Assembly: GCA_904063045.1 (NCBI GenBank) | Contig: CAJFCJ010000028.1 | Span: 496,001 to 560,000, forward strand | Direction of reading: 5' to 3' | Origin: Dimorphilus gyrociliatus | Taxonomy: Eukaryota > Animalia > Annelida | DNA length: 64,000 nt | In this document: piece after piece, positions 54,101-64,000 of the stretch | Layout: the number at the start of each line of letters is the position of its first letter | Numbering within the stretch: position 1 is the first letter of the stretch | Notes under the pieces: generated by a model | The model's database searches: none | What the model saw: only the letters and a program-made list of their open reading frames with translations | What the model was told of the DNA's origin: nothing | Program-made: the position numbers and the translations under genes

Positions 54101-57100
54101 TTCTACTTAAAATTTATGCTGAACATAGGTTTGTCTACCTACGTGTGCGCATTTATTTGATATAAGATAAGAATAATTTATGAAGTTCATTATATAACAG
54201 ATAAGAATAGACAGTTTAGTTATAAATAAATGCTTTCAGGGAATGGATTTGGACACGGTAAGAAGGAAATAGAAGTAGAGATAAAGGAAGGGGGAAGAAG
54301 AGAAGAGAAGCAAAGAAATTTTACTGATAAAAGTAGTGAAGAAAGAGGAAATTACAAAAAGGGGTTAATTAGTATTCATCTCAGTAAATAATAAGCAAGA
54401 ATCGATTAAAATAGGAAATGAAGCGCGCAAAAAAAAATATATATAAAGAAATTCTTTCTCCGCATCTTCATGATGGGAGGCCATATCATAAAAAGCTTTG
54501 TCTGATCTCAGAGCCCTCTCTTTACACCCCCAACTCTTAACCAAAAACATGTGCTAAAAATTTACGCTATAGACGTGGAAAAGTATATGACGAGGCATAC
54601 CTGTACAATTAGCTACTTGGACCTTATCCAACATGTTTCTACATAGACAGCGTCCACTATCATAATTAGAACATGTTCTCCAATTTGACCATTTAGCTAT
54701 CGGTTCTTGATTAATTGTAGGACAGCTGCTAATCAACGGTCTAAATAACCTATCGTTTGCTAATGTATCCTCCGTTCGTCGTCTATAAATACATTTTAAG
54801 GAGATTGCATCCCATACACAATATGGATTTTGACTCGAGAAGCATTCGCTATAAAATTTTAATTAATATAATTAATTTACCTGATACATTGGTAGTATAA
54901 TTAATTAACGAGAATTCCATACCTATCAATTTTAAAAGCATTGCAATTCTCAGCCGGAATTTTGACTATCTTCTCACTAGTCATAGCTATCAAATACGTT
55001 GTATCATCGTGAAATAATTGTAATTTCTTTACTGATTTCTTCAAATTTCTTTCCTTGAGAACACAAGTCTCGTTGCCAAGTTTTATCATTTGCTTTACGT
55101 TTCCCTCCAAGTTAACAATATAGAATATTTGATAGACGTCATTTTTAAACTTAACTATATCAATTACAAATTTCGTCCATCTAAAGGATGTTAGAGATGT
55201 AGTAACAACTTTATATATCTATCAACAAACCTTTGATTATCTGCGTATAATAAAGGAGATTGATTTTGATGAGGAACGAGTGTTTCGGCAATAATATGCG
55301 TTCTTGTCTTTCTTGTTGATATTTTCTTATTGCACTAAGAGATAAAGATAGAACTCTATTTTTAATTAATTCTAAACGATTTGTCAAATATTTATCAAAT
55401 ATTTCAATAAAGATTTGTTATTATAATAGAAAACTCTCAATATCGAATTTTGAAATATGATAAGGGGAAAAAAATTAAACTATAGAAAAGAAAACATGGT
55501 TTAAAAGTTCAATTGAAATTTTTGACAAGGGTCGCAATAAATCATCGATACACGAGAATACAGCAATAGACAGTTTCGATAGTTAGGATAAAATGGACCC
55601 ACTTTTAATATTCTTTTATTTTTGATTGACCCCTTAAATCTACTGTGAAATTGCTTTTCCCTTATTTGTAGACTAATAACGAATACCTTTAAAAAGGAGG
55701 AAAAGAAGATAGACAAGGGTCCATTATCTTTTAAATCGTTTTATTATTCTATTTCTGTCCTTTTCTCTTTTTTTTCTTATTTTATTTATAGTTAAATTAG
55801 AAAATTATGTTATTGAATTCTTCTAAATAACCTTATTATTATTTTTATATAAACTATATAGAGAAAATGATAAAAGAGAGAGAGAGAGAGAGATAGAGGA
55901 GGGAGTAAGAGATAGAGAGAAAACGCTTACAATTCCCCTGTCACTTTTTACGCTAGACCATTTTTTATCAGCGTTATCGAAGTATAAATAACGTCCTTGG
56001 AAAATTTCATCAATGTCCTTCAGATCGAATGAGCAGATCGCCGAACCGTGTACGCTCGTTCTTTAAAATGATAAAAAAAAGCTTTGTTTTTACAACTATT
56101 AAAAGAAACGTTAACAAAGGAAGAGGAAATAAAAAAGTGTACACTTACGGTCCTGTTGTAAAAATACCATAAATTATAGTACGATGTCCATCCTTAATTA
56201 AAATCGTATCTTGAAGGTAATCAAAATAGAATGGATCTCTTCCGGATAGGGAACAATTTAGCCGAGCTTTTACAAAACTCGACCAAAAATGCCTATAGCT
56301 TGAAGCTCCACCCGCATCGTTCTGAAAAAAGGGTTATTTTTATTAAATTAAGAAAGAAGAAGAAGATTTAAGCGTTCTATTGTGTTGAATTTTTAAAGAA
56401 AAATAGTTGATTTATAACGTTTATTCTTAATAAACAATATGGAGATTATACCAAGTGTTTAAATGAGTCTTTTATTTAGTTCAAATAAGTTTTTAAGGGT
56501 TGTAAATTAAGGATGTATCTATTTATTGAAAGATGTTCCATTAGATAAGCGTGTAATAAAGAGAGAAAGATATAAGGAGTATAATCAGGAAAAGGATTGG
56601 CTATGGGCCAATTCCGAGGAAGAGAGAATATTTGTCTACAGACGCTAATATCTGATGTTGAAATAGGTAAAACGAAAATAATATTTATCAGTTACCATTA
56701 AAAAAATTCCTGATAAATCTTTCATTACCCCCAACTATGAAATTTTTCCCCTACGAACCTTACAAACTCTCGCTACTCTGGAATAGACAAAACCACCGCA
56801 TTTCCAGTTCGGATAAATCCTCTCTCTAAATAGTATGTAAACGTACTGCTCATTTTCGTACAGAGAAACAAACTGCGGATCTATAATTAAAATTCATTAA
56901 GTCAAAAATTAAAGGAAATTCATTTAATAGGTTTTTTATAATTAATGGTAAACTTACCGTTTAGCCACATATGATTATTAGGAACAACATGAAGAGTTTG
57001 AGTACTAATAGTTGACTTTAATCTTATAAAATCGAATACTTGTTCTTGTTCTATAAAGATTCCACTGTAGAATTGTCCGTCATCAGAGATAATGATGGTT

Positions 57101-59819
57101 GTGTTATAATTAGTCGAGGACGGCGATAGTAATTTAGATACTTTCTCATTAGTAGAGTTAAATTGCAACGTCGACAAATTATCATCCTGTTAATTAAGTT
57201 ATAAATTAAAGTTAGCTCTTTATACTATCTTCTATTTTCTTCTTTATCTTTTCTTTCATTTTACTAAAGGCCTACGTATTTCCTACTTACGGCTGTCCAA
57301 GCGCATAATGGATTACCAGCGTTCGTACCGCAAGCAAAAATGCGATTCCCTCTCCAGATTAATGTTTGTACGAAATTCTCACATTTTTCCTGTAAAGAAA
57401 AACCAAAAATAGTGGATAATTAGGTGTTAATTAAAATAAATAACGATCATTAGGGAAGAAGGAGCAAGGATAAGAGAACTATACATCCTTCCATTATATA
57501 TCTGACGTAATCGCCTTATAGTCTACAAACGTATTGACCACGGGCATACTCTAGTCCAAATAAAAAATATTTTTATTACACACTCTTTAAATTTAAAGTA
57601 AACATTTCATCATGCTTAACAAGGAGATTTCTTTCCAATAGGCCTACAGTATATAAGTTTATTAACAGTATTGAATTGTTTCCTACTGTTTTTCTTTGCT
57701 CCTGTCACCGTATCTTTCTTTACATACAGCATACAGATAGGATATATTTTCATAGAAAAAGATACAAATAGTAATAACAGGAAAGACTGTTTAAATTGAT
57801 TAAACGCTTAAAACAGATAGACTAGTTAAGGAAACTATTAATAAATATATTTTAAATTTACTACCCTGGATAATATGGACATATGTATATATTAGTATAT
57901 ATATATAAATAGTAAGTAGGGTCTGCAGAAATCTATTGGCTATTAACAAACAGCATAGATCTTTAAATAGTATAAAGGAAAACACCGTTGATAGTTTTCT
58001 ATTTGAGCGAAATAATGAATTACCTAAAAAATTTATAAAAGATTTAAATAAATTAATCTTCGTGCGAATGTTTTCACTAATACGGTAAACCTTAATATAA
58101 TATATGTTTGTTTCTAATTTTGTACTTAGTAATATTCTCCTTCTAACCTCTTGTTTTTATGTAATTTGATAATCTTAATAAAATCTTATCAATAGGATAA
58201 AAGATAAAATAGGAGAATAAAAAAGAAAAGAAATAATAACAATGAAAGAAAAGATGGATCAGGCTTAGATGTATATTTTTCCAATCCTTCTAACAAAGAA
58301 TTAATATATACACTTAGATTTAGAAGGAGTAAACAATATATGTTTTCATTCGAGCACAACTGTAAACATATTGGCCTAAATTAACGTTCCTTCGTAAAAG
58401 CTGAATTGTTAACGATCCAAATTCAGCTACAAATGTTTGCTTAATACATCGATATAAGTAATTATTTATATAGTGTATGTTAAAAAAGATTATATTTGAA
58501 TTGGCAAATTAGGGGACGTCCGTATTTTTTCCTACCTATTATCCCCGCCCATTCCCCACCTTCTTGTATTATATCTCCTTTTTCTAATAATCTTTTCAGT
58601 TTGACTATTAATTGTAGATTTAACGCCTACTGTTTACTTGGGTAGTAGGCTAAACTTACCATATAGGCTTACAGTGATAACGTATGACGGTTTAAAATTA
58701 CAATTATTGCATATTAATGAGGGTTTTATCCGAAACAAAATCTATTTTTATAGTAAAAAAGTCTTTGATTCAAAATATAGAAAAGAGGAAAAAAATAAAC
58801 ATTTTTTCCATAAATATCAATCTTTTGTCAATTTAATATAAAAGGAAAAAATATAATCATAAAAAATCCCCATTATCTTATTTATTGTTAAATAAATAAG
58901 ATAAAACTATGACCCTAATCGAAATTATTGAACCTTAAATTCTGAATTCTATGACATTGTGCAGACTGCCGAGAAGAGCGTGGAAGAAGAGAGGGGAAAT
59001 TAAAGTAGTAATATACAGTAGTAATATGCGTGTACGATGAATGTATACATGTACTTGTCTATACTGATATACTGTGTGTGTATTCTGTATATCCGGGTCT
59101 GTCTGTGCCTGAATGTGTCTACTAATGTTTTTTTTCGTTCAAAGGAGATTATACTATGTAATTAGGGTTTAAAAAGGAATAATTCTAACATTATATAGCT
59201 CCTCTGGGTAAAATGAGTAGTTTTTTATAAATGTTTTCCTAAAACTATTTTATCAACCGTGAATTTATTAGCATTTTTTTCTGTAGGCCTAAAATTTAAT
59301 TATATACCTTCCCTTCTCTTTAAAGGTTCAAAAAAGTATTTTCTATTCAATCGAACGTCTCTTACAAGTTTTATCTTGTTTGAAAGAAAAAAGAGAAAAT
59401 TTGCAAGTAAAAAAAACCTATTTAAATATATTGTATATATTAATATATACTATATATATATATCTATATATATATGTTGTTTTTGTAATGTTTGATAATT
59501 ATATGGATAGATAACAATCAAAGAATAAAAGTCAACCTACTTTAGTAGAATTGAGCAAATGACAATTTAATAACGCCCTTTTCTCCGCCTTCCATTCGAT
59601 TTGTTCAATGACGTCCGATAGATTCCTTATATTCAATCTCAATAGTTTATTTCTGTTAAAAAACGTATAAATATTTATTCAATTATATATCACTTATAAC
59701 TATTATTATTAGGTTTTGAGCTACATACCTCGCCCCTAGCAGCAATTCGTTCCTTGTCAGATTAAGCTCGAATGTTGACAAACTCAAACCGGAAATTGAG
59801 AACAACGTCGTTCTCTCGT
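51176..59819 (-). CDS. SEMA5: Semaphorin-5 (Sema, PSI, 7 TSP1, TM, tail); signal-peptide exon not located
   Basis: Phase-consistent exons 59729-59819, 59541-59652, 57291-57389, 56958-57186, 56759-56880, 56149-56321, 55931-56060, 55231-55334, 54923-55180, 54601-54848, 53644-53826, 53406-53567, 52932-53114, 52764-52790, 51970-52323, 51764-51907, 51176-51684. Motifs ELLLGARN, FACGTNA, YSRVARVCKND, FVKARLNCS, NPYCVWD and WSxWS repeats. A candidate upstream exon at 61691-61749 has strong splice sites and phase 2 to 1. Confidence 0.95.
52391..52405 (+). promoter_or_regulatory. Best CTCF-like motif (GCCACAAGATGGCGT), in a Sema5 intron
   Basis: Matches the CCASYAGRKGGCR core closely; one of about 11 similar sites listed under findings. 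Confidence 0.55.
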
Positions 59820-62800
59820 CTGTTGGAATAAGGTGATTGGATTAGGTACTTTATAAATTTTATTACTCTATAAAAGGAAGGTTTTGAACGATTTTTTTAT
59901 TTAATTTATTAAAGATTCTTTGACTGAACTAAATGTAGAACTCTCTAAGAGAGAGTGAAAGAGGGAAAGAAACCATATCCAAAAGGATGTATGTCTTAGT
60001 TCTCTTTTGACCCTGATTGTAAATCTAGACGACTACTACGAAAAGAAAATAAAGAAATAGTTAAGATAAGAAAACGTGTTCTGGATAAGATTAAAAACTA
60101 TTGGGAAATACCCCCGTCCTCTTCGCTCTAGACTACCGACTATATCCTATCTTATTCATTTCCTAGTTCAACTTTTTACCGTATCTATATCCTTAACCAA
60201 ACTAATACAAGAAAAAAAACCACAAACAATACTAGATTTGTTTGTAAATTTTTGGCTTTTGCGGTTTTCTACTAGGCCTATAAAAGCTGTTAAAATATTT
60301 TAACAGGTGCCAAATTTTTCTCTTCTACGAAGAGGAAAAGAAATGCCAATTCGTAAGATAATATTAAGTTCTTTCTCTATATGAAAAAGAAGCATAGAAT
60401 TACTTAATATTTATTAAAATAGAGTATATATATATATAAACTGTTTAGAACAAACAATACAAATTAAGTTATAGAAAATCTATTAAAATAAGTTTTTTTT
60501 TTAAAGAAAAAAGAAAAAAAAGGGTTTTATTCCCTTAAAAAAATAAGAATTAAAGTCTCTGTCAATTTTACAACTGAAGAAAAGATAAATAATAAGACAA
60601 AAGAAGGAAAATGTTAAAAGACACTATTTTTTTATGACCTGTTAAAAATTTTACCAATAAAAAGAACACATATTTACAATAAAAATAACAGAGCATATAC
60701 AGGATTCCATATATATATATACAACATATCCTCTCATTTGTATATTTAATATAATTATTTATAGGCTTAATTAGGCATGTAATTATTATTTTATTTATTT
60801 AAATTAGACAAAGAGAGAAAAAAAATAATTATTGTATGCTTTATAAATAATAGAAAAAGGAGGGGAAAAGAAAAAACCCTCTTCTCTCTCTCTCTCTCTC
60901 TTTTCAATCATTTGTTCGTTCATTCATTCAATTATTCTTTCTCTTGTTCATTTATTTATTTTTTTCTTTCTGTTCTTCTTTCGATCTATCTATCTTTTTA
61001 TTTTTTTATTTTTTTATTATACATAAACAGTCAGAAGGTGTTAGACTATTAAAGTTATTTTATAGTGTAGTAAAACATCTTAAGCCTATATTATATATAT
61101 TATTTCCTTCTATAAATAAATCTCTTTCTTAACAGGTGTAAATGACTAAAATGCGTATATAGATTTTGAATGAATAATACTATTAATGGATAGAGGGAGA
61201 GAAAGAAAGAAAGGTATAGAGATTGAAAAAAGAAAGAAAGAAAGGGAGAATGAAGCGGATATCCTAACTTATTTATTGAATACTTAAAATTTGTAGATGT
61301 TTCATTTTAAAGAAAAGATAAAAGATTTATTAAGGACTTTAATAATTAATAATTATTAATAAAGTACTTAGACGCATTCCAAGCTTTCAATTAAGTAATA
61401 AACCATATAAATGGTATACTGTATACAGAAAATTCATTAACTTAATATAATAAAATCAGACTTTTTTCCTCTTTATTAGATTTATTCATAATAGAATTCA
61501 CGGAGCGAGGATTAAAATTACTAAGCGAAGCTTTGTAAAGCCTATTAAATTACTTATAAAGATATTTTCAAGGAAAACATTCAAGAATCTTAAAACGTGA
61601 CCATTTTGTTCTGAAATCTTATGATTACGTTCTTCAAATAAAGACTTTAGAAAAGAGAAAAGGTGGAACATCCACTTAATGTCAACTTACGTGTTTGCAG
61701 TTGTTTCAAAACATTTATAGAACTGTTCAATCCATTTTTAAAAGGGTCACTTAAAAAAAAAATTTTCTTTCTATTGTTAAACACAACGTTTAACAAATAC
61801 CGCAAAGTTGAAAATGAATATTAAACATATTTGTCTATCGGCTACTAATTTTTTTGCCCCTATTCATTAACCCATTAAATATTATTATGAATAGAAAATA
61901 TAGGCAAAGAGGTCCTAATGCTCTCTTTCTTTTTGGTTTGATTGAAAAAAACGAAAGATTTATCAAGTTGATGAAGATAATATAAAAGTATATACTGTCT
62001 TAAATAGTTTATTGAAATAAAGACTTCTTTGAGTGTGAACTTTCTAACGGGTTCATAAAAATTCTTACTAAAATTCCTTTTATTAAAAGCTTCAAAGGTT
62101 TTCGAGCTATAAAATTAAATCCTTTTTATTTACATGATAAAATGATTCTTTTGTTAAAGGTCTCTACTATCGGACGAAGTGGAATTGGGCAACAGTGAGG
62201 CCAGACAGGAGAGGATAAATTTTATATATAGGGTCTGATATATTATAGAATATGTAAAAGGAAAAGGACATATTCAATCATATCTGCTTGTTATATCATA
62301 CTTGTAAATATTGTAATATATCTCTTTATATTAATATCTTCAAGTTTACACTTGAAAAACACTCGAATAAGACACGATAAAAAATAGAAATTTTGAACAA
62401 TTTCACTATATTTAAAGGGTCTACAAAGGTATATATTAGAGGGTAAACAGTAAAAGTATTGCAATCGAAAAAAAAAGAAACTTTTAACTGTTTTTTATGG
62501 TAGAGTACAGTTGATTTTTATCTTTTATAGTGATCAATTTGCTTTAAAAGAATCTCTCACCATTGATTTCAATACGCTAATGGAATTTTCAACTTAAAAT
62601 GAATATATCTTTTAAAAGTAAAAAATACCCAATTATATATAGTATAAAAAAAGTATCATTTTATAAATAACTGTTCAAAATGTCATCTGTCTAAGGCATA
62701 GTCAGTAACTTCCAAGTCATATTCGTGTATATATAAGTGTATATATATATATGATATTTATTCAGATTCAAACTTTTATACAAAGGATATTTTTGAATGT

Positions 62801-64000
62801 TAAAGTTGAAAAATAATGCCTACATTATCACTTTTTAAGTAGTTCAAGTTTATGTAAACTTTACCAAATATATTTTTTTATAGCTATTCCTTTTTTATTT
62901 AATGCTCATAGGCCTATTAATACTAAAAATATTTTTTGCTTTATGCCGTAGTATATGGCATAGAGATGTTAAAAATAGGAATGAAAGATTTTTAATAGAT
63001 AATAGAGATTTGAAGATTAATGGAAAAAATTGAATAGTAATTTTTATTAGAATAGAAAGAGTGGAATGATTAAGAATAATAAAGAAGCTAAAAGTTTATT
63101 CTATATGCAAAACTTGCTGGCTTGCTGTTTTTCTCTTGGCTCAAAATACTAACAACACATTGCAACTCTTTATATAAACCAATTGCCTTCGCTACTTCTG
63201 ATTCTTTCTCTATCCTTCTTCCTCTCTCTTTCTCTCTCTTATACTGTATACCCCTCCCATTTCTTATTAATTCGTTTTTCTTTGAATTTCGTGCTTCCTT
63301 ATTCACTTCTTTTCATTTGATACCCACTTTTTTTTTATACAGACCATTACTTAACTTTAATACTTTCTTTATGAATAATAATAAAAAAAACACATGTATG
63401 AAAACTTTCGCCATTCTTTTCTTAACCTTTTTTGTGTAATAATAATAATAATAATAAATATAAAAGGTATCTTTGAAGAATTTAGATTTTCTTTTCCTTT
63501 TCTTTCTTTCTATCTATCTATCTCTCTCCTCTCTCTCTCTCTCTTCTATTCTCTTTTTTCTTTCTTGCCCTTTCCTTTTCTTAAAAATTCTTTATGGTTA
63601 AAAAGTAGAAAAGATTGAATAAAAATGCCCACGTGTACTATTAGATTTTCTCTTCTGCCTCATAATAGGCCTATTTAACTGTTCATACATACAACATATT
63701 CGACATTTAAAAAGAATTGTTTACACCGTTGGGTTTAGAGTTTATGTAATATAAAGCTAGTTATACGAATTTGCGGTTAACGTAGTTTGTTTTATAGTAA
63801 GTGAAGGAGGTTTGAAGATTTTTACAGTTAGTAGGTCTATAAATTAATATTGTTATAGTTTATATGCAAAGGTTAATAATAATAATAACAACAATAATAG
63901 AATATAGAATAAATTATCGCATAACAGTTAGGAGAGCATTAGAAAGTTTGCAAGGTTATGTTTATCATTAAGGCTAGCACTTTAGCTATTATTCTGTTTA

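Noticed and set aside
55501-55716. 71-aa minus-strand ORF inside a Sema5 intron
   Set aside because: Flanking Sema5 exons already join in phase; there is no donor site and no recognisable motif.
60180-62260. Candidate Sema5 signal-peptide exons at 60180-60272 and 62168-62270
   Set aside because: Phase conflicts, in-frame stops or weak donors; no unique 5' model can be supported.

Overview
AT-rich (roughly 25-30% GC by eye) animal genomic DNA with dense genes and many 45-110 nt GT-AG introns. Gene content and intron style suggest a compact-genome lophotrochozoan; the annelid Dimorphilus gyrociliatus is my guess, which is inference and not shown by the sequence. I rebuilt 12 spliced genes by hand with consistent intron phases: SLC7A9-like amino-acid transporter (-, runs off the left edge), tetraspanin (-), CCDC190-like coiled-coil protein (+), UBE2D (-), PIAS (-), two orphan type I membrane proteins (+), a YWTD/EGF LRP-like receptor (+), a corazonin/GnRH-type GPCR (+), a PRD-class Q50 homeobox gene (+), calsequestrin (+) and semaphorin-5 (-, 5' end unresolved). 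There is also a two-exon coiled-coil unit (+) that may be a separate gene or a calsequestrin splice form. No tRNA, rRNA, CRISPR array or intact transposon was seen. Best leads: (1) a calsequestrin whose core has lost most of its acidity and whose poly-Asp tail is replaced by a ~220-aa basic, triadin/junctin-like KEKE tail; (2) a pair of mutually exclusive duplicated exons that swap the substrate-lining TM8 helix of the SLC7 transporter; (3) an LRP-like receptor with no LDLa repeats and an adaptor-like tail; (4) excess TAC[AT]GTA and TAGGCCTA words that look like DNA-transposon excision scars; (5) recurrent CTCF-like motifs. All counts are manual.
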